The notes under the pieces are model-generated. The model was not told where the DNA came from. It searched no databases and saw only the letters and a list, made by a program, of their open reading frames with translations. Shown piece by piece: positions 37,565 through 47,098 of a stretch of DNA of 64,000 nt. Numbering within the stretch: the first letter of the stretch is position 1; every line of letters starts with the position of its first letter. Position numbers and translations under genes: made by a program. Source of the stretch: Candidatus Eisenbergiella stercoravium (lineage in GTDB: Bacteria > Bacillota > Clostridia > Lachnospirales > Lachnospiraceae); assembly GCA_019113175.1 (NCBI GenBank), contig DXHY01000045.1, positions 361 to 64,360 of the forward strand, given 5' to 3'.

Positions 37565-40213
37565 TTACATGCGCTTTGTGACCAGCTTTGCAGCCTCGCC
37601 GCCCAGCATCGGGAGGAAGGCGAGCACCAGCGCCATGATGATCTCGTCAAAGGAGAGAGCCACGGTGCTGAATACCGGATTCAGGAAGGGCACGTAGATG
37701 CTGGCGATCATGAACAGCACGGACACCAGCACGCACTTGTTCAGATAGCTGTTTTCAAAGACCTTCATCTTAAAGACGGAGGTGGATTCGGAACGTGCGG
37801 AGTATGCGCGCAGCAGCTCGCCCAGAACCAGGGTGAGGAAGCAGGCGGTTCTCGCAACGTCCAGAGAATCATGCACATACAGTCCATAAACAAAGGAACC
37901 GAGGGTGCCGAGCGCCAGCGCGATGCTCTGAATCAGGACGGCCACGGTCATCTTCTTATCCACGATGGGTTCGGAAGGATCGCGGGGCTTCCGGTTCATG
38001 GTGCCGGGCTCTTCCTTTTCCATACCCAGAGCGAAAGCCGGGAAGGCGTCCGTGATCAGGTTGATGGAAAGAAGCTGGATGGCAACCAGCGGCGTGGGCA
38101 GGTTGGTGAGCATGGCCAGGAAAATGACCAGGATCTCACCGATATTGCAGGAGAGCAGGAAGCCGACTACCTTACGGATGTTGGCGTAAATGGTACGGCC
38201 CTCCGCAACGGCGCGCACAATGCTGGCGAAGTTGTCGTCGGTCAGGATCATGTCGGCCGCTTCCTTGGATACGTCGGTTCCGGTGATTCCCATTGCCACA
38301 CCGATATCAGCATGCTTCAGGGAAGGAGCGTCGTTGACTCCGTCTCCGGTCATGGCGGCGATGTTTCCGTTCGCGCGGACAGCGTCCACCAGGCGGACCT
38401 TATGCTCCGGAGATACGCGGGCAAAAACGTTGGTGGTTTTCACACATTCGCGGAGCTGCTCGTCGGTCATTTCATTGATTTCACGGCCCTCTACGGTCCG
38501 GTCGGTCTCGATGCCGAGCTGGGCGCCGATGGCGCTTGCGGTGATCTTGTGGTCGCCGGTAATCATCTTTACCTGAATGCCTGCGGTCTTGCAGACGTCG
38601 ATGGCGGCCTTCGCCTCTTCTCTGGGCGGGTCGATCATGCCGACCAGACCGACGAAGATCAGGTCGTTTTCAGATTCCGGAGAAGGATCGGCCTCATTCA
38701 TGGTGCGGTATGCCACGCCGATCACACGAAGCGCAGACTGGGCCATATCCTGATTGACGCCGAGGATTTCCTCCCTTTTGGCATCCGTAAGAGGATTGAC
38801 CACACCTTTTTCCTCGATCCTGGTACAGCGGCGGAGCAGCTCGTCCGGAGCGCCCTTGGTGTACATGGTGATGGAATCCCCGATCTTATGGAAGGTGGAC
38901 ATGAGCTTTCTGTCCGAGTCGAAGGGGATTTCCTGCACGCGGGGATATCTGCTTTCCCATTCCGCCTTCTTCATGTCGTGCTTGTAGGCAAGAACCACCA
39001 TGGCGGCCTCGGTGGGATCGCCCACGATGGTCTGATTGGCGGGATCATAGGTGGCGTCGTTACATAAAAGCGCGCCCTCGATCAGGCGGTCAGGGAAAGA
39101 TGCAGGCACATTTCCTGCCTCATCGGTGATCTCACCCTCCGGGCTGTAGCCCGTACCGCTCACGTTGTAATGACCGGAAGCGTCGTAAAGCTTCTGAATG
39201 GTCATCTTGTTCTGAGTCAGCGTTCCGGTCTTATCCGAGCAGATAACTGTGGTGCTTCCCAGGGTTTCCACCGCGCTTAAGCGCTTGATGATGGCGTTGC
39301 ACTTGACCATCTTCTGCATGCCCATGGCGAGGACCACCGTAACGACAACGGTCAGGCCTTCCGGAATGGCGGCAACGGCCAGGGAAACAGAGGTCATGAA
39401 AATATCGAACAGCTCCATGCCGTGAAGCAGGCCGAGCAGGAAAATGACCACGCAGATGGCGAGGCATACGATACCGAGAACTTTTCCCAGGCTGTCCAGC
39501 TTCTTCTGAAGCGGGGTGGACTCATCGGGGGTATCATTGAGCATGCCTGCGATATTTCCCATCTGGGTCTGCATGCCTGTTTCGGTGATGACGCCTCGTC
39601 CGCGTCCGTAGGTGATGACCGTGCCCATGTAGCCGCAGTTGATGCGGTCGCCCAGGCTGGCATCCTCCGCAAGCACGGCGGAAGCGTCCTTTTCCACGGG
39701 AACGGATTCGCCCGTGAGCGCGGCCTCGTCAATTTTCAGATTGACGGATTCGATCAGCCGCAGGTCGGCGGGAACATAATCGCCCGCTTCCAGAATGGCG
39801 ATATCGCCCGGAACCACGTCGGAGGAAGGAACCTCAATGATCTGTCCCCCGCGCAGAACCTTCGCGTGCGGACTGGCCATTTCCTTCAGCGCCTTCAGCG
39901 CATTGCTCGCCTTGTTTTCCTGATAAACGCCAAGGAAGGTATTCAGGACGACGATGGCGAGGATGATGATACCCTCCAGCGCCTCTCCCAGAAAAATGGA
40001 AATTACGGCGGCAATCATCAGAATGATCACCAGGAAATCCTTGAGCTGCTCCAGAATCATCTGGATCAGGGATTTCTCTTTCCCTCCCTCCAGACGGTTG
40101 TGTCCGTATTTTTCAATACGTTTTTCGGCCTCTTCTTTTGTCAGACCGCTGGATGCGTCCACCTGAAGCTCTTTGGCCGCATCAGCCGCTGACAGGCTGA
40201 AAAATGGTTTCAT
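37565..40213 (-). CDS. Cation-translocating P-type ATPase (Ca2+ PMCA/SERCA-like, type IIA)
   Basis: DKTGTLTQN phosphorylation site, KGAPDELL, MITGDHK and TGDGVNDAPSLKHADIG motifs, plus an N-terminal cation-ATPase-N domain. Confidence 0.9.
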   Translation of the reverse strand: MKPFFSLSAADAAKELQVDASSGLTKEEAEKRIEKYGHNRLEGGKEKSLIQMILEQLKDFLVIILMIAAVISIFLGEALEGIIILAIVVLNTFLGVYQENKASNALKALKEMASPHAKVLRGGQIIEVPSSDVVPGDIAILEAGDYVPADLRLIESVNLKIDEAALTGESVPVEKDASAVLAEDASLGDRINCGYMGTVITYGRGRGVITETGMQTQMGNIAGMLNDTPDESTPLQKKLDSLGKVLGIVCLAICVVIFLLGLLHGMELFDIFMTSVSLAVAAIPEGLTVVVTVVLAMGMQKMVKCNAIIKRLSAVETLGSTTVICSDKTGTLTQNKMTIQKLYDASGHYNVSGTGYSPEGEITDEAGNVPASFPDRLIEGALLCNDATYDPANQTIVGDPTEAAMVVLAYKHDMKKAEWESRYPRVQEIPFDSDRKLMSTFHKIGDSITMYTKGAPDELLRRCTRIEEKGVVNPLTDAKREEILGVNQDMAQSALRVIGVAYRTMNEADPSPESENDLIFVGLVGMIDPPREEAKAAIDVCKTAGIQVKMITGDHKITASAIGAQLGIETDRTVEGREINEMTDEQLRECVKTTNVFARVSPEHKVRLVDAVRANGNIAAMTGDGVNDAPSLKHADIGVAMGITGTDVSKEAADMILTDDNFASIVRAVAEGRTIYANIRKVVGFLLSCNIGEILVIFLAMLTNLPTPLVAIQLLSINLITDAFPAFALGMEKEEPGTMNRKPRDPSEPIVDKKMTVAVLIQSIALALGTLGSFVYGLYVHDSLDVARTACFLTLVLGELLRAYSARSESTSVFKMKVFENSYLNKCVLVSVLFMIASIYVPFLNPVFSTVALSFDEIIMALVLAFLPMLGGEAAKLVTKRM

Positions 40214-40511
40214 ACAGTTACACCTCATTCCTTTCTTATGTTTTTCCCAGCATCAGGCTGGTTTCCTGAGTGTAAAACCATGCGGACAGGAAAAATCCGC
40301 ATGGGAATTATTATATCAGATTGTCCGCGGGTTATAAATCATATAATTGAAAAATGTAGAAAATTTTGCTGCTGCCCATTCAGGTCTGCCGAAGGTCGGG
40401 CAAAATGGGCAATCTGGCAGCAACAAAATCTTTTCAAACGCTTCTTTTTGTTGTATTGTGAAAGAAAGGGAATTGTCCGGCTTCGGGCCGGGAGGAAAGG
40501 ATAATGGGAAG

Positions 40512-41195
40512 ATGGAGCAGGTGAAGGCAATCGCACATATCCGTACGGATTTTCCGGAAAAGTTCGGAATCCCCAGGCAGAGCGGCCTGGTGGAGGAACT
40601 TGAGGGGAAAATAGTGTTTGAACCTGAATACCGGCATCCGGATGCGGTCCGGGGGCTGGAGCAGTTCAGCCATATCTGGATTCTGTGGCAGTTCTCGGAG
40701 AATGAACGGGCGGGCTGGTCTGTTACAGTGCGTCCGCCGCGGCTGGGAGGAAACACAAGAATGGGGGTGTTCGCCACCCGTTCGCCTTTCCGTCCGAATG
40801 GCATCGGATTATCCTGTGTGCGCCTGAAGCGTGTGGAACTGACGGAGAAGGAGGGGCCGGTCCTGACTGTACTTGGCGCGGATTTGATGGACAATACGCC
40901 GATTCTTGACATCAAGCCCTATATTCCGCTGACGGACTGTCATCCTGAGGCCTCGGAGGGATATACGAAGGAAACCAGGAAGCATGCGCTTCAGGTGGAA
41001 TTCCCTGAAGAGCTGCTTGCCAGGTATCCGGAGGAAAAGAGGAGGGCAGCGGCAGCAGTGCTTGCCCAGGATCCAAGGCCCGGCTACAGCAGCGATCCGG
41101 AACGGATCTATGGCGTGGCCTTTGCCGGATACGACATCAAATTCCGGGTGAAGGACGGGGTGCTGACGGTCTGTGGGCTGGAAGAGGTACTTTGA
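40512..41195 (+). CDS. trmO: tRNA (N6-threonylcarbamoyladenosine(37)-N6)-methyltransferase TrmO (TsaA family)
   Basis: IAHIRTDFPEKFGIPRQSGL, FATRSPFRPNGIGLSCVRL and DNTPILDIKPY are TsaA/YaeB signatures. Confidence 0.8.
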   Translation: MEQVKAIAHIRTDFPEKFGIPRQSGLVEELEGKIVFEPEYRHPDAVRGLEQFSHIWILWQFSENERAGWSVTVRPPRLGGNTRMGVFATRSPFRPNGIGLSCVRLKRVELTEKEGPVLTVLGADLMDNTPILDIKPYIPLTDCHPEASEGYTKETRKHALQVEFPEELLARYPEEKRRAAAAVLAQDPRPGYSSDPERIYGVAFAGYDIKFRVKDGVLTVCGLEEVL

Positions 41196-41237
41196 AGTAA
41201 AACGCCGTTTCTGCGGCGGCAGATGAAGGAGGTTTAT

Positions 41238-42215
41238 ATGGACAAAAGAACGAGGGTGCTGAATGCGATGAACAAAAAGGAAGTGGACCATGTGCCTGTT
41301 GGCTTCTGGTTTCATTTCAGCGGAGAGGAGGCAATGGGGGACGCCTGCGTGCAGGCCCATCTGAACTATTACAGGGAGACAGATCTGGATTTTTTGAAGA
41401 TTATGTGTGACGGCTATTTCGCCTGGCCGCTGCCGGAAATCCGGGAGGCGGAAGACTGGAACCGGGTGGAGCCGCTTCCTGCGGACCATCCTTTTATCCG
41501 GGAACAGGTAGAGCGGGCGGCAGCCATCGTCCGGGAAATCGGAAAGGAACGCTGTGTCTTTTATAACGTGTTTGCTCCTTTTTCCTCTCTGCGCTTCGGA
41601 ATCGAAGCGGCGGGACTTCCGGATTCCATGATCATGGAGCATATCAGAAAGGACAGAAACGCCGTCATGCGCGCGCTGGATGCCATCGGGCAGACCAATG
41701 CGCTTCTTTCTGAGCTTCTCATTACGGAGGCCAGTTGTGACGGAATTTATTATTGCGTACAGAGCGGGGAGTATGACCGTTTCCTGCCCGAAGAATACCG
41801 GAAAATCGTGCGCCCCTCCGATCTGTATGTGCTGGAGCATGCCAATCGTTTTTCCGAAAATAATATTCTTCACATGTGCGGCTGGGCGGGGGCGAGAAAC
41901 CGCCTGGAGCTGTGGAAGGATTATCCGGCGAAGGTGATGAACTGGGCGGTGTTCGTGGAAGGGCTGAGTCTGGAGGAAGGCCGGTTTTTCTTCGGCGGGA
42001 AAACGGTGCTGGGCGGTTTTGAGACCCACTGGGACGGAAAAATCCAGCAGGGCGTGCTGTATTATGGCACAAAAGAGGAACTGCAGACTTATACCAGAAA
42101 TCTGATTCTGAATTACGGAAAGACCGGCCTGATGCTGGGCGGAGACTGTACCGTGGACGCGAAGATCGACAGGGAGCGGCTCCGCTGGGTGGCAGAGGCG
42201 GCCAGAAGTCTGTAG
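41238..42215 (+). CDS. Uroporphyrinogen decarboxylase (URO-D) family protein (second paralog)
   Basis: MDKRTRVLNAMNKKEVDHVPVGFWFHF is the typical N-terminus of clostridial URO-D-family proteins. GAAGGAGG SD. Confidence 0.6.
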   Translation: MDKRTRVLNAMNKKEVDHVPVGFWFHFSGEEAMGDACVQAHLNYYRETDLDFLKIMCDGYFAWPLPEIREAEDWNRVEPLPADHPFIREQVERAAAIVREIGKERCVFYNVFAPFSSLRFGIEAAGLPDSMIMEHIRKDRNAVMRALDAIGQTNALLSELLITEASCDGIYYCVQSGEYDRFLPEEYRKIVRPSDLYVLEHANRFSENNILHMCGWAGARNRLELWKDYPAKVMNWAVFVEGLSLEEGRFFFGGKTVLGGFETHWDGKIQQGVLYYGTKEELQTYTRNLILNYGKTGLMLGGDCTVDAKIDRERLRWVAEAARSL

Positions 42216-42302
42216 GAGCCTGTGTCAGGAGAGAAGAAGAGGGAACTGAATGGGCTTCTGAATGCGGAGATGAAAAGAAAAAGAAAGGGAAGGGATAAAC
42301 CA

Positions 42303-43376
42303 ATGGGAGCGGATAAAATTAAAAGACTGCAGAAACGGATGCCGGAATCCATGGAGGCGGCACTTTTTTGTGACGGAGCGAACCGGTTCTATCTGACCGG
42401 GATGAGGTCCTCAGCAGGGAACGTGCTGATAACCCGTGAAAGGGCATGGCTGATCATTGATTTCCGATATCTGGAAGCAGCACAGAAGAAGGTCACGAAC
42501 TGCGAAGTGGTTGAGGAAAAGAATCTGTATGAACAGGTGCAGGCAATCCTGAAAGCTGAGGGACTGAAACGTCTTTCGATTCATTCCGGACTGACTACGC
42601 TGGAGGGCTTCAGAAGGATGGAGGCATCCATGCCGGAGCTTATCCTGGACAGCTCGGATGCGCTCGCCCGGCTGATCGACGATCTTCGCAGGGTAAAGGA
42701 TGAAGAGGAGATTGCCTGCCACAGGAAAGCACAGGAGATCACGGATCATACCTTTTCCCATATCTGCGGTTTTATTCGTCCGGGGGTGACGGAAATTGAT
42801 ATTGCAAGAGAGCTGGGCGTGACGATGACGGAGCTTGGCTCCGATGAAAAGGTATTTGGCTTTATCGTGGCCTCCGGCCCAAACAGTTCACTTCCTCATG
42901 GCGTGGCTACGAACCGGATCGTTCGAAAGGGCGATTTTGTCACCATGGATTTTGGAGCGGTTTACAACGGTTATATGGCTGATATGACAAGGACCGTAGC
43001 TGTAGGCAGTGTAACAGATGAGCAGAGAAAGGTGTATGAGACAGTCCGGGAGGCGCAGAAGCGCGCCTTTGATGTCATCCGTCCTGGAGCGGTCTGCCGG
43101 GATGTGGATGCGGCAGCCAGGGATTACATCTATGCGGAGGGATATGAAGGCTGTTTTTCTCACGGGCTTGGCCACAGCGTTGGCATCGAGATTCATGAAC
43201 AGCCGCGTTTCAGCACAGCATGCACGGATCGTCTGACCGAGGGGATTGTGATCACGGTGGAGCCGGGAATTTATCTGAAAAACCGGTTTGGTGTGCGGAT
43301 TGAGGACCTGGTGGTGGTCAGAAAGGATGGCTTTGAAAATCTGACTACCAGTCCGAGAGAACTGATTATCCTGTAA
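42303..43376 (+). CDS. M24 family Xaa-Pro peptidase (aminopeptidase P-like)
   Basis: Creatinase-like N-domain, metal ligand blocks DFGAVYNGYMADMTRT and HGLGHSVGIEIHE, and VEPGIY. Confidence 0.85.
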   Translation: MGADKIKRLQKRMPESMEAALFCDGANRFYLTGMRSSAGNVLITRERAWLIIDFRYLEAAQKKVTNCEVVEEKNLYEQVQAILKAEGLKRLSIHSGLTTLEGFRRMEASMPELILDSSDALARLIDDLRRVKDEEEIACHRKAQEITDHTFSHICGFIRPGVTEIDIARELGVTMTELGSDEKVFGFIVASGPNSSLPHGVATNRIVRKGDFVTMDFGAVYNGYMADMTRTVAVGSVTDEQRKVYETVREAQKRAFDVIRPGAVCRDVDAAARDYIYAEGYEGCFSHGLGHSVGIEIHEQPRFSTACTDRLTEGIVITVEPGIYLKNRFGVRIEDLVVVRKDGFENLTTSPRELIIL

Positions 43377-43486
43377 AAAGGCGCGCTCCAGCTCGATTTC
43401 TCCGGAAAAGCCGGACAGAGCCGGCTGCTTCCGGTAGGAACGGCACAGATCTTCCATGCGCAGCAGATACCCGCAGGATTCTCCTG

Positions 43487-44626
43487 TCATTTCCGCTCAC
43501 CATCCTTTCTCTGTTTCTCAAGCCGGTTCAGGCGGCTATACAGCGCCTTCTGAACGGCAGGAGCGATGGGCCAGTAGATGAGCCAGCTGATGGCCCATAT
43601 GCCAAGATAGAAGCTGATAAGAAAGTAAATGCAGAACACCAGCGGCCAGTAGGAGGAGAGGATTCCCCGCAGAATGCCCTCCTCCCGCAGTCTGCTTCCG
43701 GTTTTCCCGGTCCGGCCCTCTTCCTTTAAAAGCAGCGCATAGACCTTTTTCTGGGCGTGGGCCGTCAGAAAGAGATAGAGCGCGATGGCAAGAAAGAGAA
43801 GCAGGAAAAAGGAACCGGTATACAGTTCATACTGGTGTTGAGAAAAATCATCCATTGTTCTGTCGGTGGAAAGCGGGACGAACACGAACGACAGAGGAGA
43901 AAAGAGCACCAGCAGGATGCCGATCGCAAGCGTGACCGCATACTGCGGGACAAATTCCTCGCGCTGTCTGCAGATATGGTCTCGGAGGGAAGGCGCGATG
44001 ATGAGAGGAGCCTCTTTCAGAGACCGGTACTGCGCGGACAGAGAGCCTGCGTAGATGGTAAGAATCAGCCCCAGAATCAGGCAGACAGCCAGAGAGAGAA
44101 CCATGAGAAGCATTCCGCCTGCCCTGGCCATACTGCCGGGAGTCTGAAGCAGGCCGCCGGATACAAGCAGTCCTCTGACCAGAAACAGAAAGGCCGGGCC
44201 GAGCAGAAACAGGCTGATTCCAAACGCCATAATCCGTGAGATCCGGATTTTATCCCGGATGATCTGGTCGGCCTGCTCCTGATCAAGATAGATGGCCTGA
44301 GAGCCGGTTTCCCGGGAGCCGCTGCCTTCAGATTCCTCTGAAGAAAAGTGGAAACCGTTCTGACCGGAACGGGCGGACTTCCGGCCTTCCTGTACGCCGG
44401 CGGAGCCTTCGGGAGCCTGAAGATCCAGTTCGGCCAGCAGCTCGTCGATATTTCCAAATTCGGAAATGACGATGCCCACCGCCTCGTTTTCCGATTTTCC
44501 CTCGCTCTTCAGCTCTTCGTACTTATCCTCCATGGTACGGAGCATGTCGTTCTCCAGACGGATGATCTGGGGAGTCTGTGGGAGCCTTGCGAACATGTTT
44601 TCAAGATAGGTTCTGATCGTTTCCAT
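43487..44626 (-). CDS. Membrane protein with a permease-prefix/DUF1700-like N-terminal domain (PadR-associated)
   Basis: The N-terminus METIRTYLENMFARLPQTPQIIRLENDMLRTMEDKYEELKSEGKSENEAVGIVISEFGNIDEL is typical of PadR-linked membrane proteins. Several TM segments follow. Confidence 0.7.
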   Translation of the reverse strand: METIRTYLENMFARLPQTPQIIRLENDMLRTMEDKYEELKSEGKSENEAVGIVISEFGNIDELLAELDLQAPEGSAGVQEGRKSARSGQNGFHFSSEESEGSGSRETGSQAIYLDQEQADQIIRDKIRISRIMAFGISLFLLGPAFLFLVRGLLVSGGLLQTPGSMARAGGMLLMVLSLAVCLILGLILTIYAGSLSAQYRSLKEAPLIIAPSLRDHICRQREEFVPQYAVTLAIGILLVLFSPLSFVFVPLSTDRTMDDFSQHQYELYTGSFFLLLFLAIALYLFLTAHAQKKVYALLLKEEGRTGKTGSRLREEGILRGILSSYWPLVFCIYFLISFYLGIWAISWLIYWPIAPAVQKALYSRLNRLEKQRKDGERK

Positions 44627-44731
44627 AAGCAATCCTTTCCGCTTCCACCCTGGAAGCACAGCCTGATCTGTTTTGTCCGATAAAACGCTCACTGTGAAAA
44701 ATGAAATGGGCGCAGAAGCGCGTCCGGGCCG

Positions 44732-45055
44732 TCAGCGTCGGATGAAATGTTCCACCACTTCTCTGGTAACGCGCCATTCCTCGCATTTTTCTTCATAATA
44801 GGCTCTTCCAGCCGGCGTGATCCGGTAGTAGGTCCTGCGCCTGCCCTCCGTCTCGTCCCCGTAGAAGGATTCAATATAACCGTTCTTTTCCAGACGGGTG
44901 AAGGCGGAATAGAGGGTGGTTTCCTTGATGATATATTTTTCGTCGGTCAGGCGACGGATCTGCCGCGAGATTTCATAGCCGTAGGAGGGCTGATCCAGAA
45001 GCAGAAACAGGATAAAGGTATCGTTGTAGCCGCGTATGACATCGCTGCTGATCAT
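44732..45055 (-). CDS. PadR family transcriptional regulator
   Basis: 107 aa with the winged-helix pattern ILFLLLDQPSYGYEISRQI...LYSAFTRLEKNGYIESFYG. Confidence 0.85.
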   Translation of the reverse strand: MISSDVIRGYNDTFILFLLLDQPSYGYEISRQIRRLTDEKYIIKETTLYSAFTRLEKNGYIESFYGDETEGRRRTYYRITPAGRAYYEEKCEEWRVTREVVEHFIRR

Positions 45056-45111
45056 GGGACCGGCCTCCTTTCCGAAAACGGCGGCATCTGCATCAGAGAT
45101 CAGGCCGCCGG

Positions 45112-45162
45112 AATTGAATTTACTACGACTGTCATACTACGTCTGTCGTAGTAAATTCAATT
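45112..45162. promoter_or_regulatory. Candidate PadR operator: 18-bp perfect inverted repeat in the padR promoter region
   Basis: The arms are aattgaatttactacgac (45112-45129) and gtcgtagtaaattcaatt (45145-45162). The internal direct repeats are tactacgActgtc and tactacgTctgtc. The element lies about 57-107 nt upstream of the padR ATG. Confidence 0.5.
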
Positions 45163-45262
45163 TAACATATGAAAGAGCAGGAGTCAATAGGGGAAAATAA
45201 GTCCGGCCGCGGCAAAGCGAAGCCCTGTCGTGCTCCGGAATGAAGCGAAGAATCCGGGCCGC

Positions 45263-47038
45263 TCAGAAGCAAACCCGGATTCTTGTGCTGTTCATCCCCA
45301 GCACGCAGTCATAGTCCACGCTGTCCGCAACCTCCATCAGCACACGGATGGGATCCGCCGGATCCGCGTTTTTTCCCTGAAAAGAGGTGGGAGAAAAGGG
45401 GCGTCCGCTGCTGCGGAAGTGGATCTGTACGGCGTGGTCCTGAATGGAAGCCAGAATATCGATACCGCCCGTTTCTCCACCGGCCTCCCACTGCTCCATG
45501 GTGTAGACGGACATTTCCTCTACGGCCAGACCGATGATGGAAGCGTTTTTGGAAGGAATGCCATGCTTTTCGGCAAAGGAGATGATTTCCCGGGAAGCGT
45601 TCACCGCTTCCTGGCGGCTGTGACCGATTGTGACGTCAAAAAGAGCGCCGGTATCTTCGGCCGGGAGAGGATAAAGCTGGACGGCTTCTCCGTTTTTGCG
45701 CGCCCGGTTCCAGGAATAGAGCAGGACGACGGCCATGACCAGAAGGAAATTGACGGGGAAGGCAATCCAGATTCCCCGGATGCCGAAGAACTGGCCGAGA
45801 ATCCAGCAGACTCCTCCCAGCACAATGGCATCCATGAAGCTGATCAGGAGCGGTTCTTTCTTTTCGCCGATGGTCTGAGCGTACATCATGATGGAAACCT
45901 GAATATTCCTCAGAATATAACCCAGTGAAAAGACCCGGATGGCCCAGATGGCTTCAGCAGCCGTCCGGGCGTCTGTGATGTCGTAAATCCGAAGAATCAG
46001 CCCGGGAAAGGCTTCGAAGAGCATCAATGCAGCTGCGGTGAAAATCACCAGATACCGGTTGGTCTGTCGCAGAACGAAACGGATGCCCTTCCGGTCCCGT
46101 TCTCCGCTGAGAACGGCGACGATGGGAATCATGGTCTGTACCACGCCCGCCACAAACAGGGAAATGAAGCTGAAGGTCTGCATGCAGAGAGAAAAGAGTA
46201 CAAGGCCCATGCTTCCCGCCAGAGCCTGCGCCAGGGCGTTGATCACCACATACCGGAATACGAAGCCGAACTGGTTGAATGCGCTGCCGATTCCCCGCAT
46301 GCAGAAGCCTGGAAGCATGCGGATATCTTCCATGCCGATTCCGGTCAGCTTCAGACCTGTGCTTCCGGTACCCGCTTTCTGCGGATCTGTTCCATGTCCG
46401 GTCCTGTGAATGACGATGACCTCGATGAGCAGTCCTGCCGCATATCCCGTGGCCGTCGCGTAGGCGGTTCCCTCCACGCCCATATGGAAAACCAGGATAA
46501 AGACATAATCCATAATGATGTTGAGAATATTCGCCGTGGCAAACACGACGGTTGAAAGATTGGGGTGTCCCTCATTGGTCACGAAATAGGTGAGGCCGGT
46601 TGTGCCGATCATGATGGGCGCGGACAGAAACTGTGCCCGCAGAAATCCCGCCAGCGGTCCGGAAAGCTCCGGACTGTCCGTAAGCAGGCCGGCGAGAGGA
46701 CTGGAAGAAAGGATACCCGCAGCCAGAAGAAGAAAGCCGATGCCGAGCATGGCATACATGGAAACGGAATACACCCGTCTCGCCGCCGGTCTGTTTCCCT
46801 CTCCCAGCAGGACGGCATACTGAGAGCTGCCGCCGATGCCGATCAGGCTGTAGACGACGGCATAGATCAGGACGACAGGCATGCCCAGGTTGATCAGCGC
46901 CAGCGCGTCGCTGCCCAGCAGATTGCTGACCACAATACCGTCCAGAAATTCGCTCAGAGAGCTTGCCAGACTGGCCAGAATCATGGGGACCAGATATTGA
47001 CGGAATTTTTTCCGGAGCAGATTTCCACTTCGATTCAT
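45263..47038 (-). CDS. MATE family efflux transporter fused to a C-terminal about-130-aa SpoIIAB/RsbW-like (HATPase-fold-like) domain
   Basis: About 450 aa form a 12-TM MATE core. A soluble tail follows: FDVTIGHSRQEAVNASREIISFAEKHGIPSKNASIIGLAVEEMSVYTMEQ...GGIDILASIQDHAVQIHFRSSGRPFSP. Its layout resembles anti-sigma-factor kinase folds, but the canonical Asn is not evident. Confidence 0.7.
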   Translation of the reverse strand: MNRSGNLLRKKFRQYLVPMILASLASSLSEFLDGIVVSNLLGSDALALINLGMPVVLIYAVVYSLIGIGGSSQYAVLLGEGNRPAARRVYSVSMYAMLGIGFLLLAAGILSSSPLAGLLTDSPELSGPLAGFLRAQFLSAPIMIGTTGLTYFVTNEGHPNLSTVVFATANILNIIMDYVFILVFHMGVEGTAYATATGYAAGLLIEVIVIHRTGHGTDPQKAGTGSTGLKLTGIGMEDIRMLPGFCMRGIGSAFNQFGFVFRYVVINALAQALAGSMGLVLFSLCMQTFSFISLFVAGVVQTMIPIVAVLSGERDRKGIRFVLRQTNRYLVIFTAAALMLFEAFPGLILRIYDITDARTAAEAIWAIRVFSLGYILRNIQVSIMMYAQTIGEKKEPLLISFMDAIVLGGVCWILGQFFGIRGIWIAFPVNFLLVMAVVLLYSWNRARKNGEAVQLYPLPAEDTGALFDVTIGHSRQEAVNASREIISFAEKHGIPSKNASIIGLAVEEMSVYTMEQWEAGGETGGIDILASIQDHAVQIHFRSSGRPFSPTSFQGKNADPADPIRVLMEVADSVDYDCVLGMNSTRIRVCF

Positions 47039-47098
47039 CCTTATAATTTCCTCCTCTGTCAGGGTGACTGACGTACCGGGGCTGAAAACAGCTTTCCT

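Noticed and set aside
42888-43490. 200-aa minus-strand ORF whose ATG overlaps the stop of the PadR-associated membrane protein (ATGA), suggesting translational coupling.
   Set aside because: After about 37 codons it runs antisense through the M24 peptidase gene. It has no family signature and an atypical composition. It is most likely a chance open frame.
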